Shown here piece by piece: positions 26,650-38,140 of a DNA stretch of 64,000 nucleotides. The notes beneath the pieces were generated by a model that saw only the letters and a list, made by a program, of their open reading frames with translations, was not told where the DNA came from and did not search any database. The stretch is from NCBI GenBank assembly GCA_051313645.2, contig JBNRSN020000012.1, positions 59,954,001-60,018,000 of the forward strand, in the 5' to 3' direction. The translations under genes and the position numbers were made by a program. How positions within the stretch are numbered: the stretch's first letter is position 1; the number at the start of each line of letters is the position of its first letter. This stretch comes from Centroscyllium fabricii (taxonomy: Eukaryota).

Positions 26650-26830
26650 TAGGGTAGGTCTGTACTCATTGGAATTTAGAAGAATGAGAGGTGATCTTAT
26701 TGAAACATACAAGGTGCTGAGGGGCCTCGACAAGGTAGATACAGAGAAGATGTTTCCCTTTGTGGGAAAATCAAGAACTCGGGGGCATAGTTTCAGAATA
26801 AAGGGTCGCCCTTTTAGAACTGAGATGAGT
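26650..26830 (+). mobile_element. CR1 ORF2 C-terminal fragment
   Basis: GLYSLEFRRMRGDLIETYK...SRTRGHSFRIKG. Confidence 0.85.
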
Positions 26831-27281
26831 ATAGAAAGATATGTGAAGAATCTCTACAAGATAAACATTTACAGCACAAAGTGTCACTTAGTCCATTGGG
26901 TGTGCTAGCTCTTTGTTAGAACAGCCCACTGCCCTGTATATTCCTCCACTTCAAATAGTTATCCACTTTCCCCTCAAAATGCACAATGGTCCATGGCTCA
27001 CTTACTCCGTGCAAAGCATTCATGATCTAACAATGCTCTGCATAAAGAAATGTATTCTGTCTCTTGACAGTTTGGAACTAAGGGCCCCTCATCACCAACC
27101 AGAGGAAGTAGTCTTTAACTACTCATCACACCAAAGCCCTTTTATCATTCTAAAAACCATTATTAAATTTCCTCTTCGCCTTCATGCTCCAGCAAAACGG
27201 TCTCAGTATTTCAAGTCTCTCCACACAACTATAGATTCCCATCCCGGACATCATTCTGAGCCACAGCTGGTCAGTCCAGTT

Positions 27282-27354
27282 GGTGGAGACAAAGTCAGCC
27301 TCTACGTGGCCTCCTCCACAAGTACCCGCTAACAATGGCGAAACTAATGACTTT
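27282..27354 (+). ncRNA. Candidate HDV-like self-cleaving ribozyme (Pr77-like) at LINE 5' end
   Basis: P2 AAAGTCA/TGACTTT, P3 GCC/GGC around TCTACGT, imperfect P1 GGTGGAG/CTCCTCC(ACA), P4 CGCTA/TGGCG, J4/2 AACTAA. Confidence 0.65.
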
Positions 27355-30300
27355 ACACCGCTCTCAGCAACCCCAACGTCCGAGGCAGCACGCGTCCTTC
27401 TCAGGACGGGCGGACCTGTCCGCCGAAAGCCTCGCCATCATACAGCTTAACGTCGAAGGCCTTACCACCGCCAAGCTCGACATCCTAGAGAAGCTTGCCA
27501 CAAACAACAAGGCAACCGTCGTGCTCCTGCAGGAGACTCACAAGGAAAATGACACCATCCTGAAGCTCCACGGGTACACACTAGCCGGCCACACCAAGAG
27601 CAGATACCACGGCCTAGCAACCTTCGTCAGAGAGGACGTACCCTGGTCACCAGCTGGTCAGTGCGCCGCCGACGCCGAGGTTGAGTGGACCGCCACTAAA
27701 GTGCAGGAGACGACTGTCGTGAATGTCTACAAGCCACCACCGAGCAAACTACAATCAGGCTCGCTGCCAGACGCCCCAGCCCCTGCCGTGTATGCCGGTG
27801 ACTTCAACTGCTGGAACACTGACTGGGGCTACAAGACCACCAACCCAGACGGCGCGTACCTGGCAGACTGGGCATCCACGGCAGACGCCGTGCTCCTGTT
27901 CAACCCGAAGGAGCCCCACTCATTCACCTCCAGGCGCTGGAATACCGAGACAAACCCAGACCTGGCCTTCGCCAAAGTCATCGGGCAAGAGCCACTCCCG
28001 GTACGGCGCGTCTTGGACCGATTCCCCCGCTCACAACATCGCCCGTCACTGATCACAACACCATCGCTCGTCCAGTCGACGGAGGGGAAACCAGTCCGAA
28101 GGTGGAACTTTCGCAAGGCCAACTGGTCGGAATTCGCCAGCAGCATCAATACTGCAGCCGAATCCTTGCCAGTGTCTACCGCCTCCAACATCGACGAGGC
28201 CTACAAGGCCTACTGCACGATGTTGATTGACGCCGCTAAGAAACATGTCCCGCGGGGAGTCCGGAAGAACTACGTCCCCTGCTGGGACGAAGAGTGCAAT
28301 GAACTCCTGCACGTCCACAACGAGGCCAAAACCAACGCCGAGAGGGCCAGAGCTGCCACAGACCTCATGACCCGGCTCAACAATAAACGGAGAGAGAGGT
28401 GGACCGAGACCGTCGAATCAATCGACTTCACCCACTCCAGCCGTCGAGCGTGGCAGACCATCAACAAGCTGACCGGCCAGGCAACAAAACCAAAACCGTG
28501 CCCCATCACTGCTGACGCCATTGCAGCACAGCTGATCACCAACGGGAGGTTCCCCAATGCCGACAAGGAGTTCACCAGGAAGACCACCGGCGAAGTGAAC
28601 GACCTACGCAGGGCCCCCAGCGCCGACGCCAACCTCTCTGGAAACTTCACCAAGGACGAGATCAAATTGGCTATCAAACACCTGAAGCCACACAAAGCAG
28701 CTGGGATTGACAACATCCACCCCGAGTTCATCCTGCACCAGGGTAGCAAGGCCATAGAGTGGCTTCGATCTTTCTGCTCCCTCTGCTTCCGCACGTCCAA
28801 GCTCCCGAAGATATGGCGACGAGCTAAGGTCATCGCTCTCCCGAAGCCCAACAAGTCGCTGGATGACCCAAAGGGATACCGCCCCATCGCCCTTCTCTGC
28901 GTGCCATACAAGATCATGGAACGTCTCCTCCATGCGCGCCTCGACCCGGTGATCGACCCAATACTGCCGAAAGAGCAAGCAGGCTTCCGCCACGGGAAGT
29001 CCACCGTGGACCAGGTAACCCTCCTCACCCAAGACATCGAGGACTCCTTCCAACGAGGTGAGAAGGCGGGCGTCGTTTTCCTTGATCTCACAGCAGCGTA
29101 CGATACCGTCTGGCTCCGTGGACTCCACCTCAAGCTCCTACAGACGATCCCGGACCGACACATGGTGGGCTTCATCATGGAGATGCTAACCAACCGCAGC
29201 TTCACCCTTCACACCAGCAACGGCCAACATAGCAGGCTCCGACGACTCAAAGATGGCGTCCCACAAGGCTCCGTACTCGCCCCGATGTTGTTTAACATCT
29301 ACATCCACGACCTCCCAGACACGCTGTCCAAGAAATATGGATATGCTGACGACCTCGCCATTCTTCTGTCCAACAAGAGCTGGGAGACGATCGAACTGGG
29401 GCTTACGGCTGATATGAACATCCTGTCAAGCTACCTGACAAACTGGCGCCTTAAGCTCTCCGTGGCCAAGACCATGTCTTCCGCATACCATCTAAACAAC
29501 CGAGAGGCAAGCCACGAGCTCAACATCATGGTTGACAACAACAGACTCCAGTTCCAGGCTGCCCCGACGTACCTCGGGGTCAAGCTTGACCGCACGCTGA
29601 CGTTTCGCCAACACCTGGAAAACTTGTCCGCCAAGACATCGGCCCGCGTCGCCCTAATACGCCGCCTAGCTGGTACCACCTGGGGTGCCTCGACCAAGAC
29701 ACTGCGCATCTCCACCCAGGCATTGGTCTTCTCCGCCGCCGAGTACTGCTCCCCAGTCTGGTGCAGGAGCTCCCACACCAAGAAGCTGGACACAACGCTC
29801 AACACCGCCTTACGCACAGTCTCTGGCTGCCTGCGCGCCACGCCGGTCAACCAACTACCGATACTCGCCGGCATCGCACCACCAACCCTGCGCCGTGAAG
29901 CAGCTGTCCTTGCACTGTCCCGAAAAGCCACCAACGATGAGGACCACCTTCTCCACAAGTTCGTCACAGAGATCCCTCCACGAGCTCGCCTGAAGTCACG
30001 ACGCCCATTCGCGGAGCACGCCCACCAGCTCCTGCATTCAACACCCGGTGATGTCACAAAACGAACCTGGCTCAAACGCCGCTGGACGAAGGAATGGCAG
30101 GCAGCAGATCAATCAAGGCTGCACAGATTTGTGGAGGAGCCGGATGAACTACTGGGCATGGACCTCCCTCGCCGGCAGTGGACAATGCTCAACCGCCTCA
30201 GGACTGGAGTCGGCCGTTTCGCCGCGACCATGAAAGGATGGGGACTCAGGGACTCGGCTGTCTGCGACTGTGGTCACCCTGAACAGACAGTCGATCACAT

Positions 30301-30406
30301 CATCGAGTCATGTCTAAAACATCGACCACCTAACGGCGAAGCCGGCATAGCTGCTCTAGACGACGAAACGCTAGCATGGCTTTCCTCAACCGAGCTGGTG
30401 ATCTGA
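27335..30406 (+). CDS. Retrotransposon polyprotein: APE endonuclease + reverse transcriptase + C-terminal CCHC finger, no RNase H (1023 aa)
   Basis: IIQLNVEG, LLQETH, NVYKPP, AGDFN, SQHRP; [27 protein letters not shown]; CDCGHPEQTVDHIIESC; uninterrupted. Confidence 0.96.
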   Translation: MAKLMTLHRSQQPQRPRQHASFSGRADLSAESLAIIQLNVEGLTTAKLDILEKLATNNKATVVLLQETHKENDTILKLHGYTLAGHTKSRYHGLATFVREDVPWSPAGQCAADAEVEWTATKVQETTVVNVYKPPPSKLQSGSLPDAPAPAVYAGDFNCWNTDWGYKTTNPDGAYLADWASTADAVLLFNPKEPHSFTSRRWNTETNPDLAFAKVIGQEPLPVRRVLDRFPRSQHRPSLITTPSLVQSTEGKPVRRWNFRKANWSEFASSINTAAESLPVSTASNIDEAYKAYCTMLIDAAKKHVPRGVRKNYVPCWDEECNELLHVHNEAKTNAERARAATDLMTRLNNKRRERWTETVESIDFTHSSRRAWQTINKLTGQATKPKPCPITADAIAAQLITNGRFPNADKEFTRKTTGEVNDLRRAPSADANLSGNFTKDEIKLAIKHLKPHKAAGIDNIHPEFILHQGSKAIEWLRSFCSLCFRTSKLPKIWRRAKVIALPKPNKSLDDPKGYRPIALLCVPYKIMERLLHARLDPVIDPILPKEQAGFRHGKSTVDQVTLLTQDIEDSFQRGEKAGVVFLDLTAAYDTVWLRGLHLKLLQTIPDRHMVGFIMEMLTNRSFTLHTSNGQHSRLRRLKDGVPQGSVLAPMLFNIYIHDLPDTLSKKYGYADDLAILLSNKSWETIELGLTADMNILSSYLTNWRLKLSVAKTMSSAYHLNNREASHELNIMVDNNRLQFQAAPTYLGVKLDRTLTFRQHLENLSAKTSARVALIRRLAGTTWGASTKTLRISTQALVFSAAEYCSPVWCRSSHTKKLDTTLNTALRTVSGCLRATPVNQLPILAGIAPPTLRREAAVLALSRKATNDEDHLLHKFVTEIPPRARLKSRRPFAEHAHQLLHSTPGDVTKRTWLKRRWTKEWQAADQSRLHRFVEEPDELLGMDLPRRQWTMLNRLRTGVGRFAATMKGWGLRDSAVCDCGHPEQTVDHIIESCLKHRPPNGEAGIAALDDETLAWLSSTELVI

Positions 30407-30559
30407 CAACGGGATACTGAAGCAAACGAAAGAAGAAGTCCAAAAAGAAGTTACATTAACATTTGCTTGGTTTGCTGATCTCAGGGGAGATACGAAATAT
30501 CTACAGAAACCTTTGAAGTACTTCAAAGATGTTTCATTAGCTCTGCAACTCTGTCCTTG

Positions 30560-31560
30560 GTCATCTGTTGCCACCCTTTGCCCTTTCCTCCCCAATCTCC
30601 TCTCCTCCACTGTTTAAGTTCCCCTAACACGAACAGTGGGTGCATTTTTAGTCCAAACTACAAGTTCAAGCTGCAAGTCCAAAGTTACTTGTGTCGAGCC
30701 CACTGCCCATCCCCTAACTCTGTTTGTTCTTTGTTTTCCACTGCTTTCAACTGCTGGAAGTCTGCTCAAATATCACTTCCCAAGTTCTGTATTCGTCTTC
30801 CATCAGGACAACGCTGGTCCACTGGATAAAACCGCAAGACTCGGCAGCTAGGAGTCTGCTCTGCTACCCAGTCGCTTCATGTTTGAAGGTAACTTTTTCC
30901 AGCCTACAGCCTATCCACACCGGTTACCGGCTGATGACTGGTTTCTGAGCTTTATTTTGCTGCTCTGTGGGTCCTGAGCATTAATCCACTTTCCCCGTGG
31001 CCGAATTCCATTTCTCCACTGCTTCTGGACCTTATCGTGAAATCCAACTTCACCACCGTTTCCTACGCAGAGACGGTTTCGATTCTAACATCAGGCTTAC
31101 AGCTGCTACTCTTCTGGGATTTTTTCTCTCTCTGCTGAGCTAGCTCTGATCTGCTTCTGCTGGTTCCTACTCTGGAGCCTGCTCGACTAATGCGGAATGA
31201 TCTTAAATATGCCGCTTTCCGCCTGCTTCCCTTTATCGTTGACGCCATTAATCGCTCCGCGGGTATACAGGATCCGTTGGTGTGCACCACTAAATTACTG
31301 AGGCCACTACTCACCACTGCTGCACCCTTGGATCAACCCAAACTGTGCCATACCTATGTAAGCTGAGTTTCCATGTCCAATCCCATGTGCATTTGGTTGC
31401 CACTCCGGACCCGAGCCCATTACTTCGATCTCCTTTTCCATCTCTTGACTGCTTTTGGGCCCTTCTCTCCTGTCTCTCGCCTTCCTGTTATCCAGTCATG
31501 CACCTTTCCTCAGGTATGTTTTTCAAACCCCTAACCCAACCCTTCACTACTCAACAAAAT
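30560..31560. repeat. Unclassified old interspersed repeat (related to 33700-35100)
   Basis: Shared block gtgcatttggttgcc...ggacccgagcccattactt at ~31385-31430 and ~34425-34470. Confidence 0.4.
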
Positions 31561-31863
31561 AAATAAATAGAATGTTACCATATAATCTGAAGGGGATACA
31601 TTTTTATTGTATAATTGTCCTGAAAGGAACAGCTTTGCATATTTGGTATGAATCTCCAGCACAGAAATATATCATTTGGCCCAACAGGTCTATGCCAACG
31701 TCTATATTCCACTCTAATTATTCTTCCAAACTGAGCCCCATCCCTCTATTCCCTTCTCCCTCATGTATGCATCAAGTTGCTCCAAAATGCTTTAATGCTG
31801 TCTCAGCAGGCTGAAAGTGTTCAAAGATTAATACACTTTATTCACGCAATATGAAATAATAAT

Positions 31864-32626
31864 GGGCCTGAATTTGCAATCGGAGGCTTCCCGCGGACGG
31901 ATGCCTCCGATCATCAAATTTTCTATGCATTTACCTGGTGGTTCGGGAGATACAGAGGCTTGCGATCCTGGGCCTCTCCTGGTTGAAATGCGTAGAGGCC
32001 CACGTATCCCATGGACGCATGCAGTTCACAAGTGCCCCTGGGGTCACGTGGGCCAGTCCAATCAACGAAAGAAGGGAATCCCCATTCATACTTTTGACAG
32101 TTCTGTTTTTACAGAACTGTGAAAAGTATGAATGGAGATGATGTAAAAAATACACGAGCACATGAAATTAAAAAAAATTAAATTACATATGTAAAATTAA
32201 ATAAAATGGCATTTCATTAAATATTTTAAACAAAACTTTAATTTTTTTTTAATTAAAAAATGTTTTAACGGGGCTAAAAATAAACTCACCTTATTGGGCA
32301 GGGTTTTTAATGTATGAGTGAGTGATAATGTTTTATTTTTCTATTTTTTTAAATCTCTTATGCTGGTAAAAGCAATCTTACACCTTTTACCAGGCGTAAG
32401 AATTCCATGGCCTTTCAGCGGGCATAAGTTGGACAAATAGCACAACTCTCCATCCACAGAGACCTTTTTCCCAGGGATGCAGAGGATCTGTCAAGAAGGT
32501 CCTTGAAAGATCGCAAGTGCCGGGTTTCAGCGCATTCGCTTCGCATGCCTAAACCCGGCACTTGTGCAGCCCCTACGGGCCCATGCGCACCTCGTACGCA
32601 CCAGTTCGGGTCACAAAATACAGCCT
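31864..32626. mobile_element. Non-autonomous DNA element with GGGC..AATTT termini (Harbinger-like, tentative)
   Basis: GGGCCTGAATTT ... AAATACAGCC; GC-rich ends, AT-rich palindromic centre. Confidence 0.5.
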
Positions 32627-32696
32627 ATAATATTTAAGTAAATTGGCAGTTAAACACTCAACGTAACTACAACAGAAATATTTGTACTTTTCCTAC

Positions 32697-32769
32697 CTCT
32701 GTCATATCCCCATTGGGTAATAGTGCAAGATCCAGTCTCAGGCAGCACGCAGCAAGCACATTGTTGTAT
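32697..32769 (-). CDS. ABCC5: ABCC5 coding exon (~exon 14)
   Basis: YNNVLAACCLRLDLALLPNGDMTE; CAG/GTAGG; 73 bp; found by hand. Confidence 0.94.
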
Positions 32770-32944
32770 CTGTGTTGAAGGAGAGAGCTAATTTAATCTC
32801 ACTCAATACATAAATTTCAGCCAAAAACAACCACAGGTCAAAATACATTCTTGATCTTCACAAAGGTAGGTTAAATAGTATACGTCAACAAGGTCATCAA
32901 TAAATCATATCTAATATTAACAGTACACAAATATTAAAGCACCA

Positions 32945-33410
32945 AAGTAACAACAGAAAATGCTAGAAAAACTCAGCAGGCCAGGCAACATCCATGGAGT
33001 GAGAAACAGAGTTAACGTTTCAGGTCGAAACCCTTCTTCAGAACTCAGAAAAAAAGCAGGAAATGAAACAGGGTAAAAGGTCAGTTTGGGGGCTGGGAAA
33101 TGGGGGAGGGGATGAAAAAACAAAAGGGAAGGTCTGAGAGGTGAAGAGACATTAAGAGAGATTCAAGGCGAGACAAGATGGTGATACGACAGGTAAAGAG
33201 ACAAAAGATGGCCTGAGATGAAGTGTGAAATGCACTGACAGAATGCAAGACAGCTGCCATGTGGAAGAGGAAAAAAAGGGAAAAGGCACAAACCAAAAGG
33301 TGTGGATAAAAAATATATAAAAATAAGGACCAAGGTTATGATCTGAAATTGTTGAACTCGATAGAGTCCGGATGGCTGTAAAGTGCCTAATCGGAAGATG
33401 AGTATTAAAG
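32945..33410 (-). mobile_element. Penelope-like element 3' remnant (GIY-YIG C-terminus + terminal repeat)
   Basis: LIFRLGTLQPSGL (PLE GIY-YIG C-terminal motif), then UTR and a hammerhead-containing terminal repeat. Confidence 0.8.
33009..33046 (-). ncRNA. Minimal hammerhead ribozyme motif of Penelope type
   Basis: GAGUU-CUGAAGA-AGG(GUUUCGA)CCU-GAAAC-GUU-AACUC: 5-bp stem I, 3-bp stem II, palindromic loopless stem III. Confidence 0.65.
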
Positions 33411-35139
33411 CACCAATTGAACAAGCAACAATTCCTAAGCTATACATTATTCAGTATAGCAATTAGCACTTTTTAAAATTCCTGCATTACATGCTTATAC
33501 AATGTGGCAGTGTTGAATTGATTAAAGCCATCAGTTTACAATTAACACAGGCCAAGTTACAGAATTCTAATAGTGCCATCACAGGCTTATCAAAATACCT
33601 GACCCCGTCTACATCAAATATAGGTCATTTGAATAAAAACTATGATTGGTCAAATAGCACATACCACCACATTATCAAAACTGCTGGTAGCTCAGCTTTA
33701 TTTTTCTGCTGTGTAGGTCCTGGACAGGAATCCACTTTCTCCTCAGCTGGAGTCCATTTCTCTGTGACTTCTGGACCTTGTATAGTGACCTCCAATGGTG
33801 CTGCTGTTTTCTAAGGAAACTATTCTGGGCTGGGCCTTCTAGATTCTATTATCTGGTCTGTTACTGCGTCCTCAGTTTTCTGCCCAGCTGCCAGGAATTT
33901 TTCACTCTACACCACGATAGCTCATCTGTTCTTGCTGGTTCCCATCCAGCTCTGGATTCTGCTCCACCAATGACGTTTGCTCTTCTGCACTCCACCCATT
34001 GTTGTTGATCCCATTCATCCCTCCGCTGGTATACTGGATCTGTTGGTGGGCATTACTGATCACCAAGGCCACTACTCACACCTGCTGGACCCCTGAATCA
34101 ACCTATGCTCCCTCATTGTCAATTCTCCACGCCTCCTCTGCTCTCCAATTTCCACAGGAAAACCTTGATCAGTGCACCCGCCGATACTGTGCACCGAAAA
34201 TGTTCCTGGACTCACTCAACCTCCACACTTGTCTCTGAATCTGGACATTAGTTCGTTGGTGCTCCAAGCCCATTTCGCCCATCAACTTCATTCCACCATG
34301 GGATCTCCGACTTCAGCTTTAGATTCGCTCTCATCGTCTCCTCCCTATTCTCCATTTACAATCAGAACATTTCTATCCTAAACTTTGGCATGCCTATGTG
34401 ACCTGAATTACATGCGTCAATTCGCGTGTGCATTTTGGCTGCCGCCCTGGACCTGAGCCCATTACTTATATCCCCTTTTTTCCTTTCTCTTCTCTTTATC
34501 CAGCTTGGGCTCTTCCTCCCATCTCCTCTCCCTCCTGTTATCTAGCTTGCCCCCCACCCCACCAAATCCCGACCCCAAATGCCTCCTTACAAGCAGCAAC
34601 CTCAACTATCCCATTTTCCTCTCTCGCCAACCTTCCCACTCAGCAGGCCCACTGGGATTAATTGTGCAAATGTCCTTTCTGTCCCCCTCACCCAACCCAC
34701 CGCTGACCCCGTGGGCTCTGCCAGCATCACTGCTCCTCTTTGCATCTCCCTCCAGATTGTCCGTTCACTTGCGAACAAGGCACTTGCCATCCGTGACTGA
34801 TTCCCTTGACAGAACTTAGTTTACAGGTGACAACACTTTTTTCCTCACTGAAGCTTCCTCACTTGGCTATACCTTCCATCTATGAAATCATCTGCCCCGC
34901 CTATACCTCCAGAGGCAGTTTGGTCCTCATCACCAAATTTCATCTTGGTCTGTCCCCTACTCCTCTGGCGCCTTCTCCTCCTTTCGAGCACCTCACCCCT
35001 CTCGCCTCTCCTTTAAAATCCCTTTTCTCTACTGCAGACCAAAGCCCCATCCCAGGTTTCTCAGATATCCTCACTCAAGACTCCACACTAAGCAACTTCT
35101 CATTTTCAGCAATTACAACTACTATTACAACCACCACCA

Positions 35140-36610
35140 TTTATATAGCGCCTTTAAAGTAGTAAAAATGTCCAAAGACACTTCGCAGGAGTGTAATCAG
35201 ACAACATTGCCATGTCAAGAGATATTAGGACAGGTGACCAAAAGCTTGGTCAAAGAGGTAGGTTTTAAGGAGTGACTTAAAGGAAGCGAGGGGGCTAGAG
35301 AGGTGGAGAGGTCAGGGAGGGAATTCCAGGGCTTAGGGCCTCGGCAGCTGAAGGCACAGCTGCAAATAGTGGAGCAATGAAAACTGGAGATGCGCAAGAG
35401 GCCAGAATTGGAGGAGCGCAGAGATCTCGGAGGGCTGTCAGGCTGGAGGAGGTTACAAAGATAGGGAGGGGTGAGGCCATGGATGGATCTGAACACAAGG
35501 ATGGGAATTCTAAAATCAAGGCATTACCGGACTAGGAGTCAATGTGGGTCAGCAAGCACTGGGGTGATGGGTGAACAATGGGTGATGGCGCAAGTTGTGA
35601 TAGGGGCAGAGTTTTAGATGAGCTCAAGTTTACAGAGCGTGAAAGGTGGGAGGCTGGCCAAGAGAGCATGCGAATAGTGGAGTCTGGAGGTAACAAAGGC
35701 ATGACTGCGGGTTTCAGCAGCAGTTGAGCGGAGACAGGGGCAGAGGCGGGAGATATTGCGGAGGTGGAAGTCAGTGGTCTTGATAATGGAGAGAATGAGA
35801 GGTCAGAAGCTCGGCTCAGGGTCAAATAGGATGCCAAGGTTATTAACAGTCCGGTCCAGCCAGTGGCCAGCGAGTGGGATGGAGTCAGAGGCTAGGGAAT
35901 GGAGTTTGTGTCGGGGATCAAAGATAATGACTTTGGTCTTCCCAGTATTTAATTGGAGGAAATATCTGCTCATCCAATACTGGATGTCAGATAAGCAGCG
36001 TGACAAATCAGAGGCAGTGGATGGGTCAAGAGAAATGGTGGTCAGGTACATGTCAGCATACATGTGGAATCTGGGGTGTTATCGGATGATGGAGTTCTGG
36101 GGTGTTATTGGATGATGGAGTTCTGGGGTGTTATTGGATGGAGTTCTGGGGTGTTATTGGATGGAGTTCTGGGGTGTTATTGGATGGAGTTCTGGGGTGT
36201 TATTGGATGGAGTTCTGGGGTGTTATTGGATGGAGTTCTGGGGTGTTATTGGATGGAGTTCTGGGGTGTTATTGGATGGAGTTCTGGGGTGTTATCGGAT
36301 GAGGGAGTTGAAGGGCAGCATGTAGATGAGAAATAGGAGGACACTAAGGAGAGATCCTTGGGACTTCAGAGCTAATGGTGCTGGAGCGGGATGATAAGCC
36401 ATTGCAAGAGATTCTCTGGCTACGACTGGATACATAGGAATGGAACCAGGCAAAGGCAGTATCACCCAGATGGACAACAGAGGAGAGGTGTTGGAGGAGG
36501 ATGATGTGGTCAACAGTTTCAAAGGTTACATGACAGGTTGAGAAGGATGCGCAGGAATAGTTTATCACAACAGTCACATTGGATGTCATCTGTGACATTG
36601 ATTAGGGCCG
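35140..36610 (-). mobile_element. L2 LINE 3' fragment
   Basis: FETVDHIILLQHL, HMYAD, WMSRYFLQLNTGKTK, SIHGLTPPYLCNLL; L2 tail aggcgctatataaat. Confidence 0.88.
36066..36300. repeat. Minisatellite, 23-bp unit GGAGTTCTGGGGTGTTATTGGAT, ~10 copies
   Basis: Near-identical head-to-tail units inside the L2 RT region. Confidence 0.95.
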
Positions 36611-37486
36611 TTTTAGTGTTCTATAATCTTTTAAGAATCAATTGCTTTTCTGCAGTTATCGCTAACAGATCCTCCTTCAGTGCTCTTACATTCTCATTTC
36701 CACTGATTCAAAAGCTCACCCAATGTCTCTGCAGTAATGATTTGCCAACTAATGGAAACAAACATTCAATCAAACCCTTCATGATTAATAAAACCTCTAT
36801 TTGATCCCCCTTAACTTTCTCTCTCCCAGTGAAAAGAAGCCATAAATTTTCCAAGTCTGTTTACAAAACTGTAACCACTCATTCCCCCATCAAACTGGTG
36901 AATCTGCTCTGTCCCCTTTCCCTGGCTCTAAAATCTTCCCTCGACAGGGCTGCCCAGAACTGGGTGCAATTTTCCAACTGTGATCCAACCAATATCTTCC
37001 ACAAATTCAGCATCACTACCTTTTATATTCAATGCCCCATGTATAAAGCCTGAACCACATTTGCCTCCGGTAGACTGGAGCAAGGCAAAGGGGATGGATG
37101 GATGGAGAATTTTTACAAACTAAGCAATATAAATTCAGCATCCCACCCAAACATTTCATTGTGTAGTCCTTCTACCCTTTTCTATTTGAAAGGAAAATTA
37201 ATGCATGAATTTACTAATGATGTAACATGTTTTATTTACTGCAACTATAAAAACTCTGCCCAGTAACAATATTCAAGTCTTGGAGTCAAACTTAAACAGT
37301 ACCTTATGATTAGTACTGACTACTACATAAAATCCAGCGCCATCCAAATGAGCTCCATATCAGCCGATTATGTTGTGAAGTTTGCTACACATTTTTCCCC
37401 TTGTCCAAGTAATCCGTTGACAACGTTGTACTTGGAATATTTGCATATTTTACCAACAATTTCCTCAGCAATTCCTAAATTCTTAC

Positions 37487-37611
37487 CTTTCTTCATTGTA
37501 CGCTTTGTTAAACAGAATATTCTCTCTAACAGTGGCACTTCGAATCCACGCTTGTTGGGCCACATAAGCAAAATCTCCATCAACTGCAATACTTCCTTCC
37601 ATCAGGGTCAT
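37487..37611 (-). CDS. ABCC5: ABCC5 coding exon (~exon 13; Q-loop)
   Basis: MTLMEGSIAVDGDFAYVAQQAWIRSATVRENILFNKAYNEE; CAG/GTAAG; 125 bp. Confidence 0.96.
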
Positions 37612-37979
37612 CTGGAATAAGCATTGAAAATTCAGGTTTTCTTTGGGCTGGGGGCGGGGAAGGAGAGCAAGTGAAAGAGTATAAAAGTATACACCTTCTA
37701 ACTTACACAACCCCTTCCTTTCATTTCTCTCTCCTCTGGATTTCTTTTCCCATTCCACAGTTACCACATCGCCTGCTCTCGAGGACAGAGGAAGGTCTGC
37801 TTCCATGCTTTCATCTATGCCATTCACACCAACCGCCTAAAGGAAGTGCAACTGCCTGACACCACACCACTGTTCCAAAGCATTTTTGCACTTGCTTAAT
37901 TCAAGGGTTTAAAGTGGGGCATCGTGAACATTCTATGCAATCCCAGAACATTAAAAAAACAACCCCATGCACTTCCAGC

Positions 37980-38140
37980 AGAGGTTGCTGGATAGCAATC
38001 AAGAGTGGGAACCCTAACTGTAGCTCCTCCACCATCACCCCAGTTGAGATCAGCTAACTTAGTAGAACTGGAGATCAAACCATAGGACGTTCCCGATCCC
38101 CACAGTTCAGCTATTCATTGACATTATCGTTTGAACTGTC
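37980..38140 (-). mobile_element. Old tRNA-derived SINE fragment
   Basis: Reverse-complement B-box-like ggtttgatctcc with gttagctgatctca core. Confidence 0.35.

Larger units (their letters stand above)
27279..30436 (+). mobile_element. Full-length Vingi/Ingi-group non-LTR retrotransposon
   Basis: Single intact ORF; AGTCCA duplicated at 27273-27278 and 30437-30442 (probable TSD); short 3' UTR ending CGAAAGAAGAAG. Confidence 0.85.

Noticed and set aside
27335-27460. 2A-like ribosome-skip peptide, as in some Ingi-group elements
   Set aside because: No DxExNPGP motif in the N-terminus.
28270-30075. Long antisense ORFs (311, 174 and 214 aa) opposite the retrotransposon ORF
   Set aside because: Shadow frames expected from GC-rich codon usage; no recognisable motifs.
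36064-36336. Regular repeats resembling a CRISPR array or repeat-protein ORFs
   Set aside because: Units are head-to-tail without unique spacers in a eukaryotic intron; it is a minisatellite.
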